This document shows, one piece after another, positions 39,000 to 51,644 of a DNA stretch of 64,000 bases. Origin of the DNA: Octopus sinensis (lineage: Eukaryota); NCBI RefSeq assembly GCF_006345805.1, contig NC_043019.1, positions 6,323,360 to 6,387,359 of the forward strand. The letters are read 5' to 3'. Positions within the stretch are counted from its first letter, which is position 1. Every line of letters begins with the position of its first letter. The position numbers and the translations under genes were made by a program. Below the pieces are notes generated by a model. That model worked only from the letters and a program-made list of their open reading frames with translations, searched no databases and was not told the DNA's origin.

Positions 39000-39695
39000 T
39001 CTATATATATAAAACTCAACTTGTGTGTCTGTGTATGTATCTGTGTGTGTGTCTGTGTGTTTAACTTTCCGGTACATCTCCTCCGAGCCAACAAATCGTA
39101 GAACCACCAAAAATGGGTCACTTAAAGTTTAGGCAAATGAAAATTGAACTGCGCTATTTCTGTTCCGAAATTCATCTCGCAAGTGCAAAAATCGATAATA
39201 TGTTTGTTTAGGCCTTATCCCATGCATTGAATAGTGAACTTTACTCAGTCGGCTGTTTGACGTGAACTGTGTTCACCACGCGTGCAAGCATGCGTAAATT
39301 ACATGAAAAATAAAAAAAAAATCAAGATATAAAAACGAATCGCCGTAAACATTGTAGAAATTCGGCAAAGAAATGAATTTTCGGGATGTAGCCTGGAGGA
39401 TTTTTTCGTATTAATCGTTTGGACTTTGTGAACACATACCAATTGTTTTCATAACATTTTTAGCGCTTTGAATTAAATGTGACCATTTTGCGTTGAGTCT
39501 GCAGTTTGAATCACTTTAACCAAATTTTATCAGGCCGGATATTTGATCATCACGATACATCGCCAGCGACTCCCTGAAACTCTCCCCTGAAATCCCCGCT
39601 GAGAAATCTATTATATATATATAATAATACTTTGAATGTGACTCCTGAGAAAGAGTAAAAGTAATTATCCGATGAACGACGGGTATTACTGCTAG
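39000..39695 (+). mobile_element. Non-autonomous Helitron-like element
   Basis: A|TCtatatatataaaa start, (TG) tract, end atccg-atgaacga-cgggt attactgCTAG|T. Confidence 0.6.
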
Positions 39696-40070
39696 TATAC
39701 AGTATACGCATATATACATATACAAACATACATGCATGCATAAATACATACATACATACATACATACATACATACATACATACATACATACATTCATACA
39801 TACATACATACATACATATATGTACATATATGTGTATACATATGTCTTGTTGTGTTTAGGGAGAGTCATTGTACCAATATTATTAACACACGCACTGGTT
39901 CAATTCCATTTCTTTATTATTACTCGATTAAATATCAAGCTAACTAATCGATTGTTTGCTTAATTTGATTAAACATTAAGTCATTTATTTTGTTTTTGTT
40001 TGTGAAAATTCTTTCGTTGCTACTTGCAACCTTTTCGATGACTTTTGACTTCAAATATATATACTTATAC

Positions 40071-40101
<31 letters not shown>

Positions 40102-40127
40102 ACATATATATGTATATGCTATATATA

Positions 40128-40186
<59 letters not shown>

Positions 40187-40231
40187 TGTATATGTATGAT
40201 GATGATGATGAGGAGGAGGAGGAGGAGGAGG

Positions 40232-40585
40232 GTTACTGTCTCCTTGTGATTCCTCGTTGAAATCTTGAAAGAGTAACTGCAGATTTCTCAATAGTTCAGC
40301 GTAGGTGTTCTCTTTTTCACTGAACTTCAGCTTTCTCTTAACATCCGCTGGGCAACTAATTTACATTAACATCTGCTGGGCAGCTAATTTCCACAACTGT
40401 TCGCAGTTTCTCTTCTCTATCCGAAATCATTATATCAGGTCTGTTGTGCTTACATTTTATTGAGGTCTTCACTGGTACATTCCACCAGTATTCCTTTTTA
40501 TTATGAGTGTCTATGGCTTCTACCATATTGTGGGGTTATATTTCTTTGCCCTCGGGATTATCCTTCCGATGGATTTCATTATATG
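40232..40585 (-). mobile_element. R4/Dong-like non-LTR retrotransposon, restriction-like endonuclease relic fused to 3' tail
   Basis: EYWWNVPVKTSIKCKHNRPDIMISDREEKLRTVVEISCPADVNV..SEKENTYAELLRNLQLL (RPD...E...K pattern of RLE domains). Confidence 0.78.
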
Positions 40586-40627
40586 TATGTAGATAGATAG
40601 ATACATACATACATATATGTGAGTGTA

Positions 40628-40664
<37 letters not shown>

Positions 40665-41394
40665 GTGCGCGTGATTTTAATTGCATACGCTGGCTAAATA
40701 TATATTTTGGTTAATCAATGTGCGTCGCCAACGACTGTCACCGTACTGGAATACAAATGAATATAAGTAGTACTTGTTCATCGTACTTGTCATAAGCAAT
40801 GGTAATCTGCGACTCCCTTCTCTCCTCCACTTGCTCTTCATATTTCTCTTTCTCTCTTTTTCTCCCGCCCTCCCTCTCTCTCTCTCACTCTCTTTTTATC
40901 TTTTACACATTCTCTTATTCTCTCCTCTCTATTTATCTGCAGAACAGATAAATAGATGATGAACCCATAATGGCTAAATGTATATTTATTAAACGTTCTC
41001 ATTTAAATTAATTTATACCAGTGTTCCAGAAAACGATTTCCTTTCTCCGGTTGAATACGACCTGATGAAACAAAATCTGCAACCAGATGGTAAGGTCAAC
41101 TGTGCCATATGGTCGAGCATTAGCCAATAATTGTTCACGTAAATTGCTTTATGAGGTATTTTACAACATTGCTACATCAATCGACAATAATGAATCGGTT
41201 ATTGGCAGAGCCTACCTATCGATAAACAGAAGAGCTTTGAAGTAGGAATTGGCTTATTTCTAAGGTCCAATTATCTTGAAGCTGTGAAAATACCTCCTGT
41301 TATAATGTTTCAAGAATGGTGCAACCATAAAGACAAGAAAACATAACGAACACGTAATTGACAATCAAACCAAAATATTGGATTCAAATTTTAG

Positions 41395-41812
41395 CACAAG
41401 GCTAGCTATTTGGTGGGAGGGGAGAAGTCGATTGCATCGACCCAGTATCCAACTGGTACTTATTTCATTGAATCCGAAACGGTAAAACGCAAAGTCGACC
41501 ATGGTGGAATTAGAACTTATAACGTAAAGACGAACGAAATGCCACTAAGCGCTCTAACTATTCTGCCAGCTCGCCGCCTTATTTTATACCAAAATATCGT
41601 TTCTAGATTTTTGATACTAGGCAAGTAATTTCGAGGAAGGGGTTACGTTGATTACATCGACCCAAGTGTTCAACTGATACTTATTTTGTCGACCCCGAAG
41701 AGATGAGAGGCAAAGTTGACCTGGGCCGAATTTGAACTAAGAACGTGAAGACGGACGAAATACTGCTAAGCATTTTTCTCGGCGTGCCTAACGATTCTGC
41801 TACCTTGCTACC

Positions 41813-41882
<70 letters not shown>

Positions 41883-41930
41883 CCTTTCTACTATAGGCAC
41901 AAGGCTTGGAATTTGCGGGTCGGGGACCAT
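41395..41930 (-). mobile_element. Cluster of degenerate SINE B variants with alternative tail and (AAT)n at 41813-41882
   Basis: B core (cgacccag..caactggtact; gaatttgaact) with tail aatcctttctactataggcacaaggc. Confidence 0.75.
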
Positions 41931-41934
41931 TTAA

Positions 41935-42980
41935 TTTATCGCCCCCGAAAGGATGAAAGACAAAGTCAACCTCGGCAGAATTTGAACTCAGAATGTGGAG
42001 ATAGACGAAATATCCTTTTCTACTCTAGGTACAAGGTTCGATAATTTGGGGGGAGGGGTCCAGTCGATTAGATCGATCCCAATACGCAACTGGTATTTAA
42101 TTTATTGACCCCGAAAGGATGAAAGTCAAAGTCAACCGGGGCGGAATTTGAACTTAGAACGATTCCGCTGACTTAATAACAAACAATAATACATATTTCT
42201 TTATTGCCCACAAGGGGCTAAACATAGAGGAGACAAACAAGGACAGACAAAGGGATTAAGTCGATTACATCGACCCCAGTGAGTAACTGGTACTTAATTT
42301 ATTGACCCCGAAAGGATGATGAAGCCAAAGTCAACCGGGGCGGAATTTGAACTTAGAACCATTCTACTGGCTTAATAACAAACAATAATACATATTTCTT
42401 TATTGCCCACAAGGGGCTAAACATAGAGGAGACAAACAAGGACAGACAAAGGGATTAAGTCGATTACATCGACCCCAGTGAGTAACTGGTACTTAATTTA
42501 TTGACCCCGAAAGGATGAAAGCCAAAGTCAACCGGGGCGGAATTTGAACTTAGAACCATTCTACTGGCTTAATAACAAACAATAATACATATTTCTTTAT
42601 TGCCCACAAGGGGCTAAACATAGAGGAGACAAACAAGGACATACAAAGGGATTAAGTCGATTACATCAACCCCATTGAGTAACTGGTATTTAATTTATTG
42701 ACCCCGAAAGGATGAAAGTCAAAGTCAACTGGGGCGGAATTTGAACTTAGAACCATTCTACTGGCTTAATAACAAACAATAATACATATTTCTTTATTGC
42801 CCACAAGGGGCTAAACATAGAGGAGACAAACAAGGACAGACAAAGAGATTAAGTCGATTACATCGACCCCAGTGAGTAACTGGTACTTAATTTATGACCC
42901 CGAAAGGATGAAAGCCAAAGTCGACCTCAGTGGAATTTGAACTTAGAACCATTCTACTGGCTAATAACAAACAATAATAC
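41935..42980 (-). repeat. Tandem array of SINE B bodies, ~197-bp period
   Basis: Unit marker ttaataacaaacaataatac at 42173, 42372, 42569, 42766, ~42962. Confidence 0.95.
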
Positions 42981-43739
42981 AGCATAGACGTCCTCGGTAT
43001 TAAAATTGTAACAAACAAACGTTTCCATGCGTTTCAGCGCAGTAAATATTTGCTTCTATGTCTAAGAGTACCTTTTTCACCTTTCATTGTTTTGGAGTTC
43101 TGCATTCTTTAGACTTTTGGCTATCAAGAAACAATGACGAGACATTAGCTGCTTCATCTATGCAAACCAATGTCTTTCTTTCCTTTTTAGTTGTTCTAAC
43201 CATTCTCTTTAACGATTCTTTGCTTAAGTTCTCTATTATACATTTTTCCGTCCGCATTCACAAGTTTGCCTCATACAAAATTTCTATAATTAGCTAAAAA
43301 GAAAATTACAATTTCATACTTTTCATTTTACGGTTTTATTTTATTATTTTCTATAAACAATTAGATAAAAGTAATGTTTTAATTGAACATAATAATATAA
43401 TTACATATAGTGTGTTAACAATTCTTATTTTTATAATGCTAATAATTTATTTTTTATTCTTAAATTGTATTGCTAGAGGCTGATCGTGAGTATACAATGA
43501 GGTGCTGCAATAACTAACATTTTCATTAACGCACTCAACAAACTTTGAATAATTTCGCTTTTATTATTTTTTTTTTGTTGTTTTTTTTCCGCGTGGATCG
43601 CGTCTTTGAATATTAGTTTCTGTATTATATACTCCAATCAGCTATAATGAAAAACAAGAGCAGAAAAGTAGGAAGCCGTTGCAAATGGTGTTGTCGTTGG
43701 AAGTGGGGGGGGTGAGATAGCAACAACTGCGCAGGGGAG

Positions 43740-43910
43740 CAGTGGCGGCAGCGGAGCTAGAGGCGGCAGAGGCGCTAGCGGTGGAAGAGGGGCTAACGGT
43801 GGCAGTGGCGCTAACGGTGGCAGAGGCGCTAACGTAGCAGAGGCGCTAACGGTGGCAGAGCGCGAGCGGCAGGGGGTGCGGCAGCAGCACTAGCAGAGGC
43901 AGCGGCGGCA
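43740..43910. repeat. GC-rich 18-bp minisatellite (ggtggcagaggcgctaac)n
   Basis: Direct reading. Confidence 0.85.
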
Positions 43911-44255
43911 GCGGTCGGAGATCGCGGTTTCGATTCCCAGACCGGGCGTTGTGTGTGTTTATTGAGCGAAAACACCTAAAGCTCCACGAGGCTCCGGCAG
44001 GGGGTGGTGGCGACCCCTGTTGTACTCTTTCGCTCCAACTTTCTCTCACTTTTCCTTCCTGTTTCTCGTCCCCGACTTCCTACGCAACCGCTGAGCCTGG
44101 ATGCGCATTCATCCATCCGTCGATGCTCTCGGTGTCGGGGGTTGACCTGCTTTCTCTTCTGCGGGTCTTACGAATAGCAAAGGACCTCGTATCGGACTTC
44201 TCCCACTATGGAACGAAGACCGCTACGCTCAACAAACAAACAAACAACAACAGCA
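43910..44255 (+). mobile_element. SINE family C, tail type 3, 5' truncated
   Basis: Matches the reverse complement of 30388-30740. Confidence 0.9.
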
Positions 44256-44609
44256 ACACTAAATGGTGGATATCAATCAGAAGCAGATTCTGTATGGGGG
44301 TAGGGTTTGACTCATTAGAAATATAAGCCAAATCGGTCTTTAAAACATACTCTGTTCTCTTAAAAAATGAAGGCTACATAGAATAATATAGTCCTAGGTA
44401 CACAATGCCTTACGTTTGGTATGTCCTTGATCAAGGGTTTGTTAAATGTCTCAACCTTTTCATTCATAGAGCTAGTAATTACAGCGAAATGACCTCATAT
44501 TACACCCTAAACGAAGGTCTGGAAGGGTATGCAAAAGTCGTAGGGTCCACCTTGCCTTATCAGCAACACATTAATCCACTGTTAAGTGGATTAATATGTT
44601 AGTCTAAAG

Positions 44610-45025
44610 GGGTGAGTGGCTGTGTGGTAAGTAGCTTGCTAACCAACCACATGGTTCCGGGTTCAGTCCCACTGCGTGGCATCTTGGGCAAGTGTCTTCT
44701 ACTATAGCCTCGGGCCGACCAAAGCCTTGTGAGTGGATTTGGTAGACGGAAACTGAAAGAAGCCTGTCGTATATATGTATATATATATATGTGTGTGTGT
44801 ATGTTTGTGTGTCTGTGTTTGTCCCCCCTAGCATTGCTTGACAACTGATGCTGGTGTGTTTACGTCCCCGTCACTTAGCGGTTCGGCAAAAGAGACCGAT
44901 AGAATAAGTCTGGGCTTACAAAGAATAAGTCCCGGGTCGAGTTGCTCGATTAAAGGCGGTGCTCCAGCATGGCCGCAGTCAAATGTCTGAAACAAGTAAA
45001 AGAGTAAAAGAGTAAAAAGAGTAAA
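44610..45025 (+). mobile_element. SINE family A
   Basis: A consensus. Confidence 0.92.
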
Positions 45026-45244
45026 CATGTAATGGTAATAAACTTTCAAGAGAACTGAACTGCAGGTCTTCCGAGAAGGAAACCCCTTCAGGCAAGTGTT
45101 TCAACCATTAACTTCTTACACTCTCAAAGGACCGGATCGCATCCGGGTCATGACTCCTGGGTGTCCTTCTGCTAACACTTTCTAACCTCTTGGATATCGG
45201 AGACTTGTGTATTTAACCGCCTGGAGATTTCATCTAGTTGTAAA

Positions 45245-45560
45245 GACCCTGATTAGTCATCAATGACCATGGGATTGCGCCTAGAAGGTTACCCTCCGAG
45301 GTGCAAGTTCGGGAAAGGTTGTTTATGGAAGACCAGCGGTCACCCAAACATACCAGCCGCCCCTCTCCCCACCACCGATGTTGTGCAAAGAAAAGGCAAA
45401 CGCCGATATGGCCAGTGACATCGCAACGTATTTCTACAGCTGAGTGAATTGGGGCAACGTGAAATGCTCAGAAATACCACATACAGCCCAGTCCGGGAAT
45501 CGAACTCGCTAATTCATGATTGTAAGCCCGACGCTCTAACCACTGTGCCATGCGCCTTCA
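45245..45560 (-). mobile_element. SINE family E (tRNA-like head)
   Basis: Minus strand gaaggcgcatggcacagtggttagagcg...gagttcgattcccggactggg...ttcactcagctgtagaaat...cttccataaacaacc; a related 3' fragment lies at 60230-60352. Confidence 0.75.
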
Positions 45561-45574
45561 TCTTGTTGCGACTC

Positions 45575-45745
45575 CTTAATAATCCTTCTATTATAGGCAC
45601 AAAGGTCTGAAATGTAGGGGGAGGGGGACTGGTCGACTTCATCGACCCCAGTGTTTCACTGGTACTTAATTTATCGATCCCGAAAGGATGAAAGGTAAAG
45701 TCGACCTCGGTGGAATTTGAACTCAGAACGTAGCGGGAGACACAA
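45575..45745 (-). mobile_element. SINE B variant with alternative tail, 5' truncated
   Basis: aataatccttctattataggcacaaagg...cgaccccagtg...gtcgacctcggtggaatttgaactcag. Confidence 0.82.
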
Positions 45746-46595
45746 CTCCTTAATAATGACTGGACGATACTTGTTTGTTTGCCTTTAATCAATGATTAAA
45801 AGATTCCGGACAGATCCTGACTTCAAGTTTCACACTTAAGTTATTTGCTCACCCGAGACAATGGTATTAACTCACTCGCCCAAGTTTCTGCTCAATGGAA
45901 TCAAACCCAAAACAATAAATGGTTGCGAAGTGAACTTTGTAACCACACAGATATACTAGGATATTATACAAGAATGAATTTGACGTAATTCTCTTCCTGA
46001 TCATAAAAGACAGTTTTTTTTTTGTTTTGTTTGGGTTGGTTTTTATTTCATTTATTTTTTTTTTTTGCTTTGATTTTTAAAAATTTTTGTTAAGAAATGT
46101 TAAGAATGAAGTAACCGCTATTAAAAAAACCAGAGTTGGTGCATCATCTCAACAGAAATCTTTTGATAAAGTTCACAGATTCGGATAAGTTCGTGTGTCG
46201 TGGGGAGACGAAGCTACTGACATTTCAATCAGAGCTCTTCTTCGTAAACAAAGTTTCTGGTTTTTCTCTTGTTGTTGCTGTTGTTGTTGTTGTTTTGAAG
46301 TACCGGCGCAGTTAAGAATTCATATTCACTTGGACGCTACGTAGTTTTGGGTTCATTTCCACTGCGCGACAAACATTACTTGCCAGTATAGTTACACTGC
46401 GTTCATCTCTTACAGACATTTTATAACTAGCTGCTTTGCTTGTTGCAAGACCAGCGACCTAACGATTATGCCAGCCCGCCACTTTGGTTAAAAGATTGAT
46501 AATGATAGATCTTCCCTTATTGCCAAAGCTAGCTGGTACGTCTACCGCAAAAAATAGCGGTGCGAGTCCCACACAGTCGGAGCGAGTACACATTT

Positions 46596-47557
46596 TATTT
46601 CTTTACTGCCCACAAGGGGCTAAACATAGAGACAAGGACAGACAAACGGATTAAGTTGATTACGTCGACCCCATTGCGTAACTGGTACTTAATTTATCGA
46701 CCCCGAAATGATGAAAGGCAAAGTCGACCTCGGTGGAATTTGAACTCCGAACGTAGTGACAGACGAAATACCTATTTCTTTACTACCCACATGGGGCTAA
46801 ACACAGAGGAGACAAACACGGACAGACAGACGGATTAAGTCGATTATATCGACCCCAGTGCGTAACTGGTACTTAATTTATCGACCCCGAAATGATGAAA
46901 GGCAAAGTCGACCTCGGTGGAATTTGAACTCCGAACGTAGTGACAGACGAAATACCTATTTCTTTACTACCCACATGGGGCTAAACACAGAGGAGACAAA
47001 CACGGACAGACAGACGGATTAAGTCGATTATATCGACCCCAGTGCGTAACTGGTACTTAATGTATCGACCCCGAAAGAATGAACAGCAAAGTCGACCTCT
47101 GCGGAATTTGAACCCATAACATAGTGACAGACGAAATACCTATTTCTTTACTACCCACAAGGGGCTAAACACAAAGGAGACAAACAAGGATACACAAAGG
47201 GATTAAGTCGATTACGTCGACCCCAGTGCGTAACTGATACTTAATGTATCGACCCCGAAAGGATGAAAGGCAAAGTCCACCTCGGAGGAATTTGAACTCA
47301 TAACATAGTGACAGACGAAATACCTATTTCTTTACTACCCACAAGGGGCTAAGCACAGAGAGAATAAACAAGGACAGACAAAGGGATTAAGTCGATTATA
47401 TCGGCCCCACTGCGTAACTGGTACTTAATTTATCGACTCCGAAAGGATGAAAGGCAAAGTCGACCTCGGCGGAATTTGAACTCAGAACGTAACGGCAGAC
47501 GAAATATGGCTACGCATTTCGCCTGGCGTGCTAACGTTTCTGCCAGCTCGCCGCCTC
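46596..47557 (-). repeat. SINE B multimer: one head plus five bodies, 184-bp period, single TSD
   Basis: Unit starts 46596, 46773, 46957, 47141, 47325; flanks gagcgagtacac (46580-46591) and gagtgagtacac (47561-47572). Confidence 0.95.
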
Positions 47558-48118
47558 GCAGAGTGAGTACACCTCTACTCCGATCAACCCGGACTGCATG
47601 AAATTTCCCGACTTGGATCAATTTCATTCAAAAACCCCCGATCTTTTCGGCAGCCTTCGATCAATTATCTATACAATGTCGTTTATAGAAATCGCCAAAC
47701 TCACGAAGTAACACAATGGCCAATAAAATGCTGTCAAAGGTGCCATCAATGCAGCCAACCAACCGCATTGCGAAAAACTGGAAAGAAGAGTTAACAAAAT
47801 GAAAGACATAAGACAAAAATCCACGTGTTCTTTACACAATATGGTTATCTTCGTTCATATCTTAATTTCTTGAACTGCTGGAATGGTGGTAGCGAAAAAA
47901 TAGGATTAGCAGAATTCTACACACACACACACACACACCACACTCTCTCTCTCTCATATACACACACAAACACGCATACACACACACACATGCATGCATA
48001 CATACATAGATGTGTGTGTGTGTGCTCATCTGGTTATATTTGAGAATATATTTATGCATGTATACACAATATGCCAATTATTTCTGTAGACAGTAACAAT
48101 TATTTATTGATCATTACC

Positions 48119-48154
<36 letters not shown>

Positions 48155-48200
48155 CATTCATACTGCATACATAAATATATATACAATATATATATATATA

Positions 48201-48260
<60 letters not shown>

Positions 48261-48269
48261 ATATATATA

Positions 48270-48316
<47 letters not shown>

Positions 48317-48377
48317 TTATATATATATATATATTATATATTATATTATATATATAATATATATATATATATATATT

Positions 48378-48423
<46 letters not shown>

Positions 48424-48431
48424 CATCGAAA

Positions 48432-48497
48432 TTTCTACTGAAGAAGGAATATATCTTTTTTTATATGATTAAGTCCGAAATTGATTCAATATAGAGA
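48432..48497 (+). ncRNA. Type I hammerhead candidate beside (TA)n
   Basis: uuucua-CUGAAGA-A-gga..ucc-GAAA-uug auu caa-UA-uagaga. Confidence 0.62.
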
Positions 48498-48624
48498 TAA
48501 CGAATTTAATTTTCTAAAGGTTAGTTGCCCGTTTTCAGTTTCAATTTTCCTGTAACAAGCGGATTATAAGTGGATAAAACAGTGTATTTGGCTTTAGAAT
48601 AACCCTCTTTAGCCCTTAATTATA

Positions 48625-48665
<41 letters not shown>

Positions 48666-48689
48666 ATATATATATGCATGCTGTTGTTG

Positions 48690-48890
48690 TTTGTTCCTTC
48701 TCGAGCCATGCCTGGCTCATAAGGACCAGTTTCCCGGGGACATTGGCGTATGGATTCCCCACCAGGACGGGACGCCAGACCGCCGCAGGTGAGATTCTAG
48801 ATGCAGGAGGAAAGAGTGAGAGAAAGTTGTGGTGAAAGAGTCAGCAGAAATTCGCCATTACCCTCTGCTGGAACCGCGTGGAGCTTAGGA
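48690..48890 (-). mobile_element. Diverged SINE C-related copy
   Basis: ctaagctccacgcggttccagcagaggg...actctttcaccacaactttctctcactc...tggcgtcccgtcc. Confidence 0.75.
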
Positions 48891-49113
48891 GGCGGCTGCA
48901 GATTTACCAGGGTGCCAAAGATTCTTTCTCATCCCACTTACGAAGATACCGGATATCACCGTATGGTGTAAAAGAAAGAAAATGGTAAATCTAATCGAGT
49001 TAACAGTTCCTCATGAAGATAGCATGGACGCCGCTCGGACTCGAAAGACTGACTATTATAAAACCTCCAGCACCTATAGAAGTATATATATAGAGAGAGA
49101 AAGGAGGAGAGAG

Positions 49114-49384
49114 AGAGCAATGAGAATATGGAGGGGATCAATAGGTGGTTCATCAACTTTTAGACATTATATTATGTCAATTACAAGAATATACATACAT
49201 GTATAACATATTTTGCTTTACATATAATATATATGAAGATACCAGTAATTATTAAAATATATAACATACAGGATGTTCTTGTAATTATCCTTTTAGTAAA
49301 TAAATAAATAAATAAGTTGACATAATATAATGTCTAAAAGTTGATGAAACCACCTATTGATCCCCTCCATTTTCTTATTGCTCT
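49114..49384. repeat. Inverted repeat element, ~67-bp arms
   Basis: agagcaatgagaatatggaggggatcaatagg...tatgtcaa versus ttgacataat...cctattgatcccctccattttcttattgctct. Confidence 0.9.
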
Positions 49385-50276
49385 ATAAATTAATGGTAAA
49401 ATATCTCTTTACCTTCACCTATTTAGTACACTCGGTAATGTAATTGCAATGCAATAAAAAACACTTGTGTATTAATAATTGGGTATTCTACCAGCAGTAT
49501 ATTGGGTAGATATTATCCCTTGGTTGGTTGGATTCACAACCTTTATCTCTCTTGGAATTAATATATATATATATATTATATTATATTATATTATATTATA
49601 TTATATTATATCATATTATATTACACATATACATTATATAAATGTATGTACATATGCTTGTGTGTGTATGTGTGTACTAGTAGTCATACCTGGGGAAATT
49701 CTAATTATGTTTGAATGCTATAAGATGGAAGTTTATAGATAACTCTAAAATATGTTTCTTTTGAGATTGATTTTCTTTTTCCTTTTTGTTTCTTTTTTTT
49801 TTCTTTGTAACATTTGACTTGATAGTGTAAAAGTTCCCGCCGTCATAACTGAATGCGCATTCTTGAGGGACAACATCTCTGAAAGCCGCATTCATTGCTA
49901 TACAAGTCTTTTCTTATCTCTTTCACTTGGAGACTTGTTATCTATCATTTTTCCCTTCACGCCAAGGCTAAACAATACTAACAATAGGACCGAATCCAAG
50001 ATATATAGAATCTAGGATTATTTTTCTGCTTTGGAAATACTATGTTGGTAAAGCTTTAATAAATCTTCACACACTGTGTTACATACTTATTTTCATACTT
50101 GCTGAAGGCGTGGCTAAGTGTGAGACGTGTGCTTCCCAACAACGTTGCTTCAGGTTCAATCCCATTGCGTGACACCTTGGGAAAACTTCTACTACAGCCT
50201 CGGATCGATCAAAGTCCTGTGGGTGGATTTGGTACACGGAAACTAAAAGAAACCCATATATACATATATAGATAGA

Positions 50277-51148
50277 TAATATAATAATAAGAGTAAATAA
50301 TTTCTATAAAGGCTTTTAAAAAAAACCCAATTATTTACTGGTAGAATTCGGTATGTAAATATAGCCGATTACCGGCAGGAACTTCTGTAAAGTTCAGTAT
50401 ATATATTGTATATAAGAAAAAGGGACAGGCAACAGGTTGCTTGACCGCATACCGAAAAAATAGAAATAGCAGTCAAGAATGCTTATTTCTATCAAAGTTG
50501 GACTCCGGGCACGACAAACCCTGTAATTCACATATGCAAAACAGAAGGAATAGATAACGAAAACGAAGTCTGGTGGTTATCTGTGAACATCATGTTTCTG
50601 GATTATAAACATATTGAATATATATTTCATATATATTTTTGATATATATTTCATATACATTGCATATATATTTCACATCCTTCTTCAGCACAGCTTTCCA
50701 TTGAAAAAGATTTATCATAGATTTATCAAATGCTACGTACCTCAAACCTTCCGACCATGCGACATCAAAATATTTGAAGAAAGTGAGCAAAAGCTAAACC
50801 TACATAGACGTTTGAATTCGTAAATCTTCCCTCCAAAATTTTGCCATGCGCACTACAAAAATAGTTCCATATGATTAGGAACTATTGGGTTGTCATAAGG
50901 GAGTGAAAAATCCAAATAGTAATATAATAATAAGAGTAAATAATTTCTATAAAGGCTTTTAAAAAAAACCCAATTATTTACTGGTAGAATTCGGTATGTA
51001 AATATAGCCGATTACCGGCAGGAACTTCTGTAAAGTTCAGTATATATATTGTATATAAGAAAAAGGGACAGGCAACAGGTTGCTTGACCGCATACCGAAA
51101 AAATAGAAATAGCAGTCAAGAATGCTTATTTCTATCAAAGTTGGACTC
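50277..51148. repeat. 229-bp direct repeat pair (50277-50505 and 50920-51148)
   Basis: No differences seen on reading; offset 643 bp. Confidence 0.95.
50581..50693 (-). ncRNA. Type I hammerhead-like fold
   Basis: cugug-CUGAAGA-A-ggau..aucc-a-GAAA-ca uga ug-UU-cacag. Confidence 0.5.
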
Positions 51149-51174
51149 ATGCGGTCAAGCAACCTGTTGCCTAT

Positions 51175-51253
<79 letters not shown>

Positions 51254-51318
51254 TACGTGTATGTATATGTATGTATATGTATGTATATATAAAGATATGT
51301 GTGTGTGTGTGTGTGTAT

Positions 51319-51632
51319 GGAGGCGCAAGGCCCAGTGGTTAGGGCAGCGGACTCGCGGTCGTAGGATCGCGGTTTCGATTCCCAAGCCGGGCGTTGTGAG
51401 TGTTTATTGAGCGAAAACACCTAAAGCTCCACGAGGCTCCGGCAGGGGGGAGTGGCAATCCCTACTGTCCTCTTTCACCACAACTTTCTCTCACTCTTTC
51501 TTCTGTTGGCCTGCTCGCTTAGCCAGCGGGGTGGCGTCATTTGAAGGCTAAAACAATGAGAAGCGCATTGTGACCAGCGATGTGTAACAACATTTGATAG
51601 CCAGACTGGTCGGTCACGGTGATCACGGTGAT
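51319..51632 (+). mobile_element. SINE family C, tail type 4
   Basis: C head and body, then ttggcctgctcgcttagccagcgggg...cacggtgatcacggtgata. Confidence 0.88.
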
Positions 51633-51644
51633 ATATATATAAAA

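Noticed and set aside
39516-39620. MYRDD in a minus-strand frame as a Penelope RT motif
   Set aside because: No flanking PLE motifs; likely chance.
43130-43185. AUGACGA followed by a perfect gacauu/aauguc stem
   Set aside because: No GAAA after the stem.
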